Positions 25,501-48,740 of a stretch of DNA of 64,000 bases are shown here, piece after piece. The stretch is from assembly GCA_964035545.1 (NCBI GenBank), contig OZ037773.1:9639751-9703750 (forward strand), read 5' to 3'. Made by a program: the position numbers and the translations under genes. Numbering within the stretch: position 1 is the first letter of the stretch; every line of letters begins with the position of its first letter. Origin of the DNA: Bugula neritina. Taxonomy: Eukaryota; Animalia; Bryozoa. The notes beneath the pieces are model-generated. The model saw only the letters and a program-made list of their open reading frames with translations, was not told the origin of the DNA and searched no databases.

Positions 25501-27652
25501 TATTTAGCTCCTAAGCCTCCTCAAAACTTCAGACTGATTTCTCACCCAGCGCTGAGTAAGAGAACGTTTGGCTGGTCATATTCTGAGAACAGTATACAAG
25601 ATTCTGTTGTTATTCGAGTTTGTATTAAAGAAAGCCTTCACACTTGTCTGGTTGAAAAAAAGTATGTTAGAGAACTTCCTGTACAACATACAACGGAACA
25701 ACGACTAGCTGACGGTGAATACTCAGCCTACGCATACTCAACCTCTAGAGGAGTGGACAGTGGTTATAGTAATGTAATCTACTTCATAGCAGGTATGGAG
25801 TCATACAACATATGTATACACAGTGACTCGGAAATTTGCATTTATTGTGTAATATTTTTAGTGGATTTGTTCCATTTTATAATATCACAGTTAGGCATAT
25901 CATGGAATTGAAAAAAAATATTTTAGATATGACAATATCGCTTTTTACAAGCACAAAAGCATGCATATAGATAAATACTTGATGCATGTATACATAGAGT
26001 GAGATATATCATGCATGCAGCAGTTTTTTTATAGATTTTTATAAAAAAATTAAAAGTGCAATTATTTTATCAAAAAATTGTTATTTCATTTAACAACATT
26101 AAATCAGGACTTATAAAATAATGTTGCCTGCAGTAAATATTTCCTTCAAATGTCAATCTTACATGCAGAGCATATTAAATTAACCAACAAAATCGATTAA
26201 TTACTCAGAAAACTATGCTACGCTATTAAAAAATAAAACTGAGTGAATACTTTATTTAGATAACAGTTATTGTCAACACTTGGATGACCTTAATGGTCAC
26301 ATAGTGACACCAAACAACAAAAAGCAGTTCTTCTTTAAACCTGGGAGTGGATACAGATTAGAGTGTGACCCGCGTCACGTATTGGTTCCATTAAAAAATG
26401 GATCCAGTGAATTGACATGGAACTGTACAAAGAATGGAGAGTGGATTCCCACGTCAGCCTGCATAGGTACTACAATATACATATACTAGCATATTAGAAA
26501 TTATGTTCCCTGTTTTCATAGAAATATATAATGACATTCTAAGCACAGTCTTACAACTAAGTGAGCTGCAATGACTTAGAAACCTGTCTGAATGTTTTCG
26601 TTAAAAAATCAGCTTTTTGATTGCATTTAAACAAGCTACAGATAGTGCAAACCTACCAATATCTTTACAGAAGTTACTGCAGCATATAAAAATATTTTAC
26701 ACACACCCAGTAGTAACTATTGTAACTATAGTGCAATGACTTCTTTAAACATTTTCACTATTTCTAACCATGTATGTTACTACCTTTTCAACTTTTCAAT
26801 ATTACACATTGATGTCAGCAATGGTACATTTATCTCTCTCTTTTTCCAACTTAAACAGTGCCTACTTAAAATTCTTTCACTAAAATTAATCAATGACTCA
26901 CTTCAACCAATTTTGAAGTTCGACTCTTTATATAAGTATAAATTTAGAAGGAAATATTTATATAGAGGTTAAGGCGAATTAGAATCAAACTATATAATCA
27001 ACCTATATAAGCGTTTACGCTTGTAATTTACTATGTTTTTTCCCGGTTACAATCTGAATTTGATTACTTCAGATGAAAACTTGAAACACATATTTGCAGC
27101 ATATACTGATGTGGCTCGGACACTCATCATTTTGGGAGCAGTAGCTGGACCAATAGCAGTGATTGTAACTGTTGTATTCATCACACACACGTAAGTGTAC
27201 ATACGGGATAGATAATATCGGTTTACAGCCAATATGCACTATAACACGAGTAAACAAGCTTAATAAGAAAACTAGCTATGATCAATCACATCTCATATTT
27301 CAGCGAACTCTTTTTCTTTTTTTTTATTTTGAACTTTTTAATCAGACTTAATACTTGTTTAATGTAGCTAAAACAACAAAAAGCTTACATTGAGGAAAGA
27401 TTTCTGGAGTGGAACATTTATCTCAATTTATGTTTTAGGTGTCGAAGATGGCAGGCAAGAAAGAACCAATCAAAACTGGAGGCGATGGCCCTTCATAGAA
27501 GAGTGACCTGCGCTGTAAATAATGTACCAACCATACATGCTTTTGCTCTTGATAAGAAATACTCAAATTTACAGCATAACGCTTCAAGACTCACCATGTC
27601 GACACATTATCAAATAAATAGGCCAACTAAAATTACTAATCAATATTATTAG
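16566..27652 (+). pseudogene. Receptor B (SP, 3 Ig, 3 CCP, 4 FN3, CCP, TM, tail), 19 exons; exon 6 interrupted by a LINE
   Basis: Exons 16566-16671, 16824-16973, 17901-18074, 18359-18488, 18722-18915, 18996-19126[LINE]20451-20571, 20911-21027, 21250-21441, 21802-21999, 22375-22581, 22856-23152, 23378-23523, 23781-23913, 24455-24643, 24897-25043, 25508-25792, 26260-26466, 27100-27190, 27439-27652. No other lesion was seen. Confidence 0.8.
19127..20444 (+). mobile_element. 5'-truncated non-LTR retrotransposon (CR1/L2/Jockey-group LINE): RT C-terminal part plus 3' UTR
   Basis: RT motifs LDFSKAFD, SGVPQGSVLGPLLF, LYADD, YLGV; ORF stop at 20128; 3' stem-loop GGAGC-caaagc-GCTCC followed by an (AGATG)n tail; 6-bp TSD ATAATT at 19121-19126 and 20445-20450. 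Paralogue E shows the empty site ATCATAATTCAAGATGA. Confidence 0.95.
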
Positions 27653-28184
27653 TATATTTTGAAGATCACATGTTACTGTACTTATCTCATTTTGTTGTTA
27701 GTATCTCCTAATATTATACATTGAGTGTACATTTTAGTAAAATGTCACGTGACTGCAGTTAATAATAAATCATTACAATGGGGAAGTTAAAGACAAGGCT
27801 TATAATTGATTAAACTAGGAAACGTAGCGTATGAAACTATCAATACATCTTTACACATTATATAGCTTTTATATTATAATATGATGCGTGCTTATATTTG
27901 TTACTATGAAGTATCATCATGGATTAACAAGACCCTAAAAGATGAGATGTTATATAATTATGAAGGATATGCATGTACTTTTATAGCAGCTGCAGAGCAG
28001 TTGTATATAATATAGGATACTATGATGCAATATAATGTTATATAACACAAATATAATAAGCTATAACATACTGTGTTATATTATAACGCAATATCATATC
28101 CCAGCTATACTATAGGATAGTATAAGATAATATCATGCAGGATATGTAAGGTGATAGAAAGCAGAGTAGTTGAATATTTCTCTT

Positions 28185-28351
28185 ACCTTCTCCTACATGA
28201 TATGCTCATCAAGAGAAGTTTTCCAAATAGTCTGAGATGCTGCACCAGCAGTTAATCTGAGTCCAGTGTCTGCATATTCCTTCACATAGGTTATGGTGTA
28301 CAGATCTTCCACATCACCATCTTTATTACTTGCCTGGTACTGGAACCTCTA
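28185..28351 (-). pseudogene. Orphan exon fragment of a CTHRC1-C-domain gene (copy 1)
   Basis: Minus strand reads RFQYQASNKDGDVEDLYTITYVKEYADTGLRLTA, nearly identical to the exon at 62160-62370 (RFHYWASNKDGDVEDLFTITYVKEYADTGLRLTA); retains a splice donor; ends in a stop. Confidence 0.85.
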
Positions 28352-30341
28352 TGCTACACTAATTGAAAACATGCAATATCCTAGCATTGCAATTTAACAA
28401 AAATAAAAGAAAGCTTGCAGAAAATTTTAAAGCAATGATACAATACCGGTGCAAAGGCAAAATATGCTGTGCTTTAATTAGGCTCTAACAAGGTATTGTT
28501 GACTGAAAGAAGTTCATTATGCTTTAACAATATCTTTGTTTTGAATTAATTTAAAGCGTGCTATTGTATTGCAGAATATAGTTATTCAGTTAAAAAAGCT
28601 GGAGGATATTATAACAGAATAGAGAAGAGAAGTTTGATTATAGATATAGATAGAAGACAGAATGAATATAATCAGTCTACTTTTATGTCTATCAGTTGGA
28701 TTCATCAACCAGATACACCTTAGTGTGCAGAAACCTTTGAGCACCAGATCAGCGCTATTTGTTGGTAAATAATTAAATATTTTATTTTACTTATTTACAT
28801 TGATGATTTCATTATTTTCAATTTGACTCATGCGTCAGCAAATAACTAATATACAACTTGTGCATCGTTTACTTGGAGTACAGAGACCATCTAATTTCAA
28901 TTATCAGTGTTATTGTCTTTGGTCAGAATTGTTTATGAAAAATATTTTAAGGTAATGAGCACATTGGACCTTACTTTGAAGTAGCTGAAAACATTATGAC
29001 AGGAAAAACAAAACTGCAATATACCTGCAGAGGGGAGCACCGTAATAATCTTATATGAGGAACAAACACTCCGATTTTTTTTACTAATTACCCTAACCTG
29101 GAGTCCTATGGTGAGTCAAGAAAGTTTTAGTGTATTGAATAAACAAAATGGAATACTCTTCTATTAATCGTGTATGCAGTTAAAATATTTTTTCAAACAA
29201 TAAAGTACTGTTGCCATTTTAATTAATGCTTGGCTCGCAAACAGACTTGTGAGAGAATTTCGTTGTTACAGAGGTACTAAAAACTAGAATATTAGCTCGT
29301 GAAAAATGTAAGAAAAGAGGTGTACATATTGAAACATGTTTAATTATTTCTGGAGAGACATATGGTCGGTTTACTAAAGACATGGCTGGGCATTATGCGT
29401 GCGCATTGAACCCACACGAAAATCTGCCTATCTACTTCATAGATGAAGGTACACTCTTATATATCTTCTACTACCTTTTCTCTGCTAACACTTATATATC
29501 TTTGTGTAGTCTGAGTTAAATGCAAACAGTATTTTACAGTAACATGGGATCACAGAGACTGTGAAAACTGGCTGTCTTGTAACCGTTCATCTGCTAACAA
29601 ATTGTAAAACTGTGTATACTTAATAGCTTACTATATTACCTCAGTGTTCTTGTTTCAGACTTTTACTCAGTACTAATTTTTTAAAAATGATTTTGAAAAT
29701 GCAAGTACATTCACCAGCTAAGAGTATATTTGTATTTTCTGATAGATAATCCAATATTACGTTCAAACAAGGCGACTGTAAGAAAAGATGGATATAGAGA
29801 AATTGCTTATATAACAGCTACATTAAATGCGTACCCAAAATATCTGTTAGCAGGAAAGGTACAAGCTACTTGGTAAGTGTTTGAACTGCGTATATACAGG
29901 ACTGTTCTATGAATAAATACATAATAAGGTTTCAGGCTACTAAATATGTTTGAAATGGATGTGATAGCTCGTATTTTAATTTCAATGTTCTTACGTATTC
30001 TTAAAACTTCCTTCTGTTTTACGAGTACTTAACTGCTGAAGATATTTTGAAAATTTACCTACCCAGTTCAGAAACATCCCAATTTTTCACATCTTATGGC
30101 TGTCAATCATTTTAGGTACAAATTTATAAATTCAACAGAAAAACAGGTAATCCGACAATCTGCCATTGTAAGTTTTGTTACTAAAGAAGGGAAATCTACT
30201 CTTCAGTTTGATGCTTTTAACATAATTAGAGTTGGTGGGAACTACATCTGTGAAATGACTTTCACTGAAACAGAAGAAACTTACACAAGTGGAACCATGT
30301 TGGTGAGAGGTCTGTATTTAGTTTTATTTCAAATGTATAGG

Positions 30342-30446
<105 letters not shown>

Positions 30447-31019
30447 GTTTATATATTAAGTATATTATATTTATACAAATTATACCTATCAATAATAATA
30501 ACACCAAATGTGAATGATAATTTGTTAACAATTTGTGGCATTTCTACTCACAGTCTGCCTAAATATAAGCTTTTCAGTTGACTTTAAAGCTCAGCTAGTT
30601 TTTCTTAAAAACAGTTGAAAATATAGTGTCTATTGCAGCCATACCAAAAGCTTGAATAGCAAATGACAAATCTGCTGAGTTTGAGTTTGCCCGAGATGAA
30701 TCAGTGATATTTACATGCAATTCTCGAACCTACCCTTATCCATACAGCATAAAAATTAAAATCATAATTCAAGATGATTTTGGAAATAATGAGACTTTGC
30801 CAGTTGATGAGAGCTGGATATTAGGAACAGACATTACCAGTAATGATGTTGATACACACTACCAAGCAGTGAGAATCTCAAAGATGCAAGGTAAGGTTGC
30901 TGGAAAAACTTTTCCTGAGGAATGTATTTTTTCATGTTAGGTACCTCCTCATCTTTTCTTTTCTTCAGATATTTCATTTCACTGTTCATTTGCCAGCATT
31001 TTGAATGCAAACACACTAA

Positions 31020-31330
31020 CACTTACTCACCACTAACTCACTCACCCATCTACCGACTCAATCACTCACCAACCCACTCACTCACTCACTCACTCACTCA
31101 CTCACTCACTCACTCACTCACTCACTCACTCACTCACTCACTCACTCACTCACTCACTCACTCACTCACTCACTCACTCACTCACTCAGTCACTCACTCA
31201 TTCACTCACTCATACTCACTTACTCACTAACTCGCACACTCACACACTCACACATACGCAAACTCACACACTCACACACTCACACACTCACACACTCACA
31301 AACTCACACAGGTGCACACACAGACACACG
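31020..31330 (+). repeat. (CTCA)n / (CACACTCA)n microsatellite in intron 6 of C
   Basis: Direct observation. Shorter CA-rich tracts occur at the same intron position in D (~41612-41652) and E (~52364-52470). Confidence 0.95.
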
Positions 31331-31693
31331 TTAATTTACTCATGTCCTCATTCTCACAATCGTAGGAATTCTTTATATATAATTATAAGGTTTATGTTAC
31401 AGATGTATTTATCAATGATTTGGGATGGATAGGATGTAGAGTAGACTTTCCATCACCAACTCCACTCATTGTGGCTATACCAGTGAATGTTAGGAGAGAT
31501 CTCACACTGCCACCACCTAGTAATTTACATTTTGTTTACATATTTATGTTAATCTAATAAATTTGCTTTTTTTATATTGTATATAGATTCATGTGAATAA
31601 TCTGCAAATCAAGCTATTGTCATGTAATTAAACTAAACTAATTAAACTGTTTATATTGACTAATAACCTAGAGAAATTTTAGATAAAAGTGAA

Positions 31694-31994
31694 ACGGCTG
31701 AAAGTGGCACAGGTAAAAATGCCACCAGCGATAATGGCACAAATGAACAAATAGGGAAGTAGGGAAACATCGCACACTGATGTTAACTTTTCCCCGAACC
31801 CCAAACTCAAACCTTTAATTCTTAAACCCCAATACCAAACCTAAATCCCCATTCCGAAACCCAAACTCTCATCTCAAACAAATAACCCCAACCGAAACCC
31901 TAACATTAAGAATATAGGTACTATTGTAATCTACTTTGCCATTTGAACCATTATTAACTGCTGTTTTTACCGTGCCACTTTTGCCGGACACCGT
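31694..31994. mobile_element. Degenerate MITE-like insertion with internal AAACCC-type repeats, specific to C
   Basis: Imperfect inverted ends AAAGTGGCAC(A)GGTAAAAA / TTTTTACCGTGCCACTTT; absent from the equivalent intron of B, D and E. Confidence 0.65.
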
Positions 31995-34350
31995 CCAGGG
32001 CGTATACTACACTGAATTTATTCAACAACTCCCTTGCATAATATTTTTAGTAAAGTGCTTTCCATTAGCACCTATTCCACACAGCAATGGAGGAGAATAT
32101 TGCTCTTCCAAGAGTCGTAGACCTGAATTCTCTTGCACAATTGAGTGTTTTCCTGGGTTTGAGTTAGTCGGCCCAAGTCCAGTAATCCAGTGTGGCTGGG
32201 ACGGTGAATGGTTCCCAATTGATGTTTCGTGTGATCGTAAGGATTTTTGAAAATATATAATGCCATCGTTTTGTTTAAACAATTAAATACTTAATATGAC
32301 TCTGAATCTTTAAGAAATTGTAAGTGTTACTTGACATCATATAATTATTATAATGCAGTTTTTTTCTAACCTCCCAAATTCACATTAGAAGATTTTATGC
32401 ATTGTGGACTTAAAAAAGTTTATTTTCTACTAAAGTTACTAAAATGCTAATTTCATGCTTAGGGCTTAAAATTTATGATACAATTAAAAATAAAATAATA
32501 GTTCATCCGTTGCTATTATTTTAGCTAATTAGTTGAAAACTGATGCCTAATATATTTTCTAGGTATAAAGTGTAGCCCACTAATAAAGTTTTCGGATGGC
32601 CAGTTCACAAATAGAGATTGCACCAGGAAGTCTATAGAGCTGGGCGGAGTTTGTAGTGTCAAGTGTAACCCTGGTTATACACATGCACCAGAATTTACTG
32701 GCTACCTTTGTACTTCTAACAAACAGTGGGTTCCAGATCCCTATTCAACTCTGTGCAAACGTGAGTGTATATTTAGATAAGCAGTAGAGTGTTTATAGTG
32801 AGTATAATATACTATGACCTATGTGTATGTTATATAGTTTTATTTGAGATGTGTATATCACTGCTGTAGTATGTGCATGGGTATATTATAGCTGCAGCAT
32901 GGGGTATGTATAGTGCATATTGTTGCAAATGTGAATTAGATTACATTTGTCACATATAATAGCTAGTGTAATGAAGTGCTTGTACATGTATAATATGTAT
33001 ATATACTACAGCTGTAACATGCGCTGGTGCACTTCCACCTATTCTTGGACATGGGCGATATGATAGCCATAAATGTCAAGATCCAACACTATTCAGAGAG
33101 TACGGAGATCAATGCAATGTAATCTGTAACCAAGGCTACTTCTTAGCCAAGAAAATATGGTACACTTGCATAGATTTTGGAAACTGGTCAAATGCTAATA
33201 AAAATTCACAATGCACTTGTAAGCTTTGATTTAAATAATTCTTTGCTTCTTTTTGGGCACAACACAATTAAACTTAAACAGTTTTTTTAAGTTTTTATCT
33301 AAATACTTTGATAATCTGCTTAATTCTATGCTATTATAAAATGCAACTTTCACTACTCTATTCAATTTTTTTTATTAGTGGTGCATTCTTATAAATTTGT
33401 TATTGCAAATACTCTATTTTTACTTAGTTTATTTTAACCTTTTTAATATTGGTGGTTATTGTTTTTAATTTAGTTTGCAGCAAGTTATGTATATTAGTAA
33501 TATTTATATATTTTTTTCAGTAAATGCAGTAAATTTTACAAGCCTGGATATTTTACCAAACAATGAAGGAGTGTTACTAGAATTTGATCTCTCAAATTCA
33601 CCACCAGTAAACCTAAACACTGATGTAATAAGAGTTTTGTTATGTAAACTCTATGGAAACCAAGAATGCAAAGAAAGACGGTTTCCTATTGCAAGTAAAA
33701 TCAAGCAACTTGAACTCAAAGAGGAATTTTTAGTTGGGGATTGGGAGTTTACTCTCCGTTTCATCAGAAATCGACTTGACATCAGTAAAGACAGCGTAAC
33801 AAAGGGCATCAAACGGTGTAAGTAGTATAATAAATGTGAATATTTCATGAAAAAAGCAACTGAGAACTTTGGTGCAATGGTTTGCGTGTCTGCTTCCAAG
33901 CTAGTGGTTTTGCGTGGAAGTCTTCGGTTCGAATCTCCATGGAAGCAAAATTATTTGATAGAAAAATTTGTTTTAAATCTCTATACTAGCTTTTAAATAT
34001 AAACTGTTTGTTATTGATACCTGAATAAGAAGTTGTAAAGCTACAAAGTGAATATTAAGTGATAGTTTAAAGTAAGCCAATCAAATAATAATATATAACA
34101 GCTGGTAAATCAATGCAATCACCATTTCAGATCCTCTGGCTCCAAAAGATGTTGAGATTCTGGTTCAACCTCCTCCCAAGGAACATGAAATTACGATCAA
34201 ATGGACACCAACGTTTTACTCATTTGTTGAACTTTCATGTAACAGAATCTGCTGTGGTGGAAACAACAAGTTTACGGTACAAATTAACACAAAGTAGCAA
34301 CAATCTTGAGCTCTAGGCTCAAGGATACCTAAAACCTGACAGTTTCAGTG

Positions 34351-34492
34351 CAAGTCCTAACAAGTCCTAATAAGTCCTAATAAGTCCTAATAAGTCCTAA
34401 CAGCTGTTTTTGAAAAATAATTGCCCCCCCTGGAAATCGAACCCGAGTCCTCTGGCTTGCAAGCAAGTGTGCCACCATTACACCACGGGAGC
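34351..34492 (-). mobile_element. tRNA-derived SINE or tRNA pseudogene (34492-34422) followed by a 10-mer tandem tail (34401-34351)
   Basis: Minus strand GCTCCCGTGGTGTAATGGTGGCACACTTGCTTGCAAGCCAGAGGACTCGGGTTCGATTTCCAGGGGGGGCA has A and B boxes, mismatched stems and a 6-nt anticodon loop; then a T-run and five copies of (AAGTCCTAAY) as read on the plus strand. Confidence 0.7.
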
Positions 34493-37410
34493 CACTGGGT
34501 AAACTCAACACTACAGTTTTGTTTGATTGTATAGTTCTTACATTGTATTAAAGCAAAAGCCTAACAACCGTACTTTGCTTTTATGTTAAATTGATGAAAA
34601 ATCAGATGAAAGCGTTTATCTGTAATTTTTATACAAAATGTTATGCAGTTGAAGAAAATATTTAAGAAAACGTTTAAACGAGGCAGTTAAACACAATTTT
34701 TGTTACAGTTAGACACACCACCATTTTTACTCGAAGATGTTAGGTCTGGTACAAAGTGTATATTCAAAATGAGATCTGTGCTCTCTGACGACCCTGATTA
34801 TGTATTAAGGTCTACACAAGTTGTGAAAGAAGTACATACGTGTAAGTTACTTGAGGTCTGGCTAGTTTACACATTCAAGTCATGGTAGGCAGAATTGTGC
34901 ACTTAACTTTGTTGAAATTACATTGGCGCCTTTACAACATGTAGTATCGATGTAAAGAGTAAAAACAGTTTTTTTATCTCCTTATAATTAAAAAAATGAG
35001 TAGTCAAAACATTACACGGGTAAAAGTTTTTTACTTAGATTCACATGAAACTGAATATATTGAAAGCTATTCTTTGAATTATTTGTATGTATTGTCAACA
35101 TAGATGATTAATTTTAAAAGCAATAGCACTAGGTCTAAGGAATCATATATATTTATATCATGCATGGGAATTTCCCTTTGATTTGTCAGTATTAATTGAA
35201 TAAAATAATCACATAGCTATTTTCATTGAGGCTACTTTTATACAACTAGTACTAAACATTTTTATGAGCACTTGTCTTGAACATAAATTTAAAGAAAATT
35301 GTGTGTTGTATAGTGATAAATCTAATCTATATAAAAAAAGGAAGAAGATGTTAGAATTTGATTTCTCGTTTACCTACAGATCCTTCACAGCTGCGAGGAA
35401 TTAGTGCAGTATTTGAAGATGAAAATAATGATCTTGGTTTGCAGTTCAATATTCACACTGCATTGAATATTGCTAAAGGAGATCTTGAGAAAGTTGTGGT
35501 TTATGTTTCCATTGACAGAAATCTTGGCGAACAAATTGAACTGGAAAAGGAGACAATAAATGTTACAGGTAAACTCTAAACTTCCTGATAAAACTTAAAA
35601 AGACGTTTTCTTAACTTCAGTTAACACTATGCATAAAATAGTTTGACAAACACATTCAGTCTGCTTTATTATAAACAAAGAATAATTTTATGAGAAACTT
35701 GAAATAATAAAATATTTCAATATAGTAACGTTATATAATAATGATATTATATGGTAAAGCATTTTATAACACACTGAACTGTTTTATTAGCTGAAAATCG
35801 AGAGAATAGAAAGTTGTTCACTAATTATGAAGTACCACCCCGATTTGTTACAAATGGAGCTCTTTATAAGATTTATGGACAAGCTCTTGGATCTACTGGC
35901 TTGCTATCAGCTCCAATCAATACCTCAATTACTCTACGTGAGTTATAATATATATTCACTAGATTTTACCTAATTACAAATTACTGCTAATTAAGTAATG
36001 CTAGTTGACCACCAAACTGTAGTAAATGTTTGAATATAATTCTTTATATTTAGCTCCTAAACCTCCACAAAACTTCAGACTCATTTCTCACCCAGCACTG
36101 AGTAAGAGAACCTTTAGCTGGTCATATGCTGATAACAGTATACAAGATTCTGTTGTTATTCGAGTTTGTATTAAAGAAAGCCTTCACACTTGCCTGGTTG
36201 AAAAAAAGTATGTTAGAGAACTTCCTGTACAACATACAACAGAACAACGACTAGCTGATGGCGAATACTCAGCCTACGCATACTCAACCTCTAGAGGAGT
36301 GGACAGTGGTTACAGTAATGTAATCTACTTCATAGCAGGTATGGAGTCATGCAACATATGTATACGCAGTAAGTTGGAAATTTTCATTTATTGTGTAATA
36401 TATTTAGTGAAATCATTCCCCTTTATATTATTACAATTAGGCATATCCTGGAAAAAAAACACATAAAATGGAAACATTGCATTTTTTTAAAACCACAACA
36501 ACATGCATATAGGTAAATATTTGATGTACATAGAGTGAGATATATCATGCAAAAGTTATTTCTTATGGATATTTATAATAATGTTGAAAATGTAATTGTT
36601 AGAATATTATATTCAAAAATTGATATTATTTATTTTAAAACACTATTAAATTAGAACTCATAAAATAATGTTACCTGCACACCTTTCTTTCAAATGTCAG
36701 TCATGCATGCATAGCATATTAAAATAACTAAAATCTGTCTCATTAATTAGAAAACCAAATGTCATTGTAATAAAAAATATAACTGTGCCATACTTTATTT
36801 AGATAACAGTTATTGTCATTAACACCTGGATGACCTTAATGGTCACATAGTGACACCAAACAACAAAAAGCAGTTCTTCTTTAAACCTGGGAGTGGATAC
36901 AGATTAGAGTGTGACCCCCGTCACGTATTAGTCCCGTTAAAAAATGGATCCAGTGATTTAACATGGAACTGTACAAAGAAAGGAGAATGGATTCCCACGT
37001 CAGCCTGCATAGGTACTACAATACACAAATATTAACCAATTAGGAATTAAGTTCTCTGCTTCTATGGAAACATTCAACCATATTCAAATTAACCACCATT
37101 TTACACTAGCTAATAATAAGCACATAGAGCTGTCAACATGTTTAAACACTTTGAAACTAGTCAATATAATCACAGTTTAACGGTTTACAGAAAGTAAAAC
37201 CTACCAAAATTTTCCAAAAACTACTATACTGTAAATAAAAAGATGTTATGCAAATTGAGAAACATAATATACTGCAAATCTAGTGCAGTGAATTATTTTC
37301 CTTTTTTATTTTTCCATCAAGTGGCTATCAGATTTTCATCATTGCACATCAAAGTACGTTACTACAGTATACATTTATATCAGAAGAGGCTTATTTCTTA
37401 TTTAAACAAG

Positions 37411-37620
37411 AGAGCAGCCGTGGTCTAGGGGTTAGATTGTTTAACTACTCAACACAAAAGCATGGGTTTGAACCCTGACCAAAGCTATTGGTAGGAAGAG
37501 CATCTATTCATAATTTCTTCTGTGCCTCATGTATGTATGTCCATTGTCAGCTTTAACAAAAACTCCTCCCATTAGGGGTTTCCCACACGGAGAGTAATTG
37601 TAAAATTGTGTGAGTTTTTA
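37411..37620 (+). mobile_element. tRNA-derived SINE, family shared with 44799-45030
   Basis: A-box-like GCCGTGGTCTAGGGGTTAG, B-box-like GGGTTTGAACCC, body TAGGAAGAGCATC..CATAAT..TGTGCCTCAT; aligns with the copy at 44.8 kb, which lies in a different intron. Confidence 0.75.
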
Positions 37621-38964
37621 TTTTTTATTTAAACAAGTGTCACTAAAAATTATTTTACTAAAACTGATCAAGGATTCACTTAGACTAAATTTAAACTTTT
37701 CCCTTTAAAGTATGATGCTAGCATATATATAAGCAATCATTTGTTATTTTGATATAGGAAAAAGGGCATAGACATCAATATAAGTGTTTACCACAGTTAT
37801 GTATCACTCACACATGAGCTAGTGTGTCTTGCTGTTTATTAACTGAATTTGATTATTTTTTCAAATTATAATTTTAAAACAAATTTATTTTAGCATATAC
37901 CAATGCGGCAGGGACACTCATCATTTTGGGAGCAGTAATTGGACCAATAGCAGTGATTGTAACCATTGTATTTATCACACACAAGTGAGTGTACATATAT
38001 GCAATAGACAATAGATTAACTCTGAATATATGTACACTAATAGGAGTAAACCAACTTCATAAAAGACTAGCTTGCACATCTCAATTTTTTTTAAACTTTT
38101 GTTTGTCTGATTATTTTGAATTGTTTAAAGTGTCACAGAAAACCTTTGAGTTTATCATACATTGTTAATGTAGCTAGAACAACAAAAAGCTCACATTGAC
38201 GCAAGATTTCTAATGTGGGGCTTTTGTGTTAATATTTATTTTAGGTGTCGTAGATGGCAAGCAAGAAAGAACCAATCAAAACTGGAGGCGATGGCCTTTC
38301 ATAGACGAGTGACCTGCGCTGTAAATAATGTTCCAACGTTGCATGCTTTATCCCTCGAAAAAAGATACTCAAATTTACAAAAAAATGTTTCAAGACCTAC
38401 CATGTCCAGACAGTATCAAATAAATAGAGCAACTAGAATCACTAATCAATATTTTTAGTTTTATTGTATTGATTGGATTTTGCTGTTAGTATCTCTTAAT
38501 ACATTGTGACCATATTTTAGTAAATTATTGTCCAACTTAATAAAGGATTGTAATGGAAACGTTAAACTTTAAGCCTATTATTGATTAAATTAGAAATATA
38601 AATATATATATAAAACTCTCAATTAATTCTTTAAAATTATATATAGCTTTTGTCAGAATATTATATGCGTGCTTGTATTTATTACTGTGAAGTATCATCA
38701 TGAATTAACAAGAAACTACAATATAAGATGTTATATGATTATGAAGGATATGTACTTTTATAGCAGCTGCAGAGCAGTTGTATATAATATAGTATACTAT
38801 GATACAATAAAATATTATATAACACAAATATAATAAGCTATAACATAATGTGTTATATAGCACAGTATCATATCCTATAACATAATATATAGGATAGTAT
38901 AAGATAATATATCATGCAAGATATGTAAGTTGATAGAAAGCAGAGTATAGTTGTATATTTCTTT

Positions 38965-39107
38965 TACCTTCTCCTACATGATGTTCATCAAGAGAAGTTT
39001 TCTAAATAGTCTGAGATGCTGCACTAGCAGTTAGTCTAAGTCCAGAGTCACATAAGTTATGGTGAACAGATCTGCCAAATCACCATCTTTATTACTTGCC
39101 CAGTCAT
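38965..39107 (-). pseudogene. Orphan CTHRC1-C exon fragment (copy 2, with deletions)
   Basis: CAGTTAGTCTAAGTCCAG...CACATAAGTTATGGTGAACAGATCT..CACCATCTTTATTACTTGCCC matches 62221-62307. Confidence 0.8.
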
Positions 39108-39393
39108 GCTACACTAATTGAAAACATGCAATATCTTATCAATTTGATTAAAAAAAGCAAAAAAGCTTGCAGGAGTTTTTACGGCAATTATACAATGCAA
39201 GCGCAAATGCAAAATATGCTGTGTTTTAATTAGGGTCCTACAAGGAATTGTTGACTGAAAGAAGTTCATTAAGTTATAACAAAAACTTTGAAGCATGCTA
39301 TTGTATTGTAGAAAATACTAATTTTTTTAAAAGACTGGAATAACAACAAAATAGAGAAGAGAAGTTTGGTTGTAAATATAGATAAAAGACAGA

Positions 39394-48401
<9,008 letters not shown>

Positions 48402-48636
48402 CCTAATTTAATTATTCCGGTTATTTTGATCTATCCGATTCAGCTTTTAATATCTCCTAATAACATGTGATTTATATTTGCATTTAAAAACACATTATAA
48501 TAAAACATTACCTACAAAACCTAATATTTATCAAATTAAAAAATATAACCTGCAAAAATATAAAAAAATCTTCAGATATAATAATATAATTATCATCTTA
48601 ATATAATGTGTTTGCATTTGTTATACTAACTCTTAT

Positions 48637-48740
48637 AGTCTTAGCCTGAGTCCAGTGTCTGCATACTCCTTCACATAAGTTATGATGAACAGATCTGTTA
48701 CATCATCATCTTTGTTACTTGCTCAGTCATGGAATCTCTA
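48637..48740 (-). pseudogene. Orphan CTHRC1-C exon fragment (copy 3)
   Basis: CTGAGTCCAGTGTCTGCATACTCCTTCACATAAGTTATGATGAACAGATCT...ATGGAATCTCT matches 62229-62322. Confidence 0.85.

Noticed and set aside
34422-34492. Functional tRNA gene
   Set aside because: 6-nt anticodon loop and mismatches in the acceptor, anticodon and T stems.
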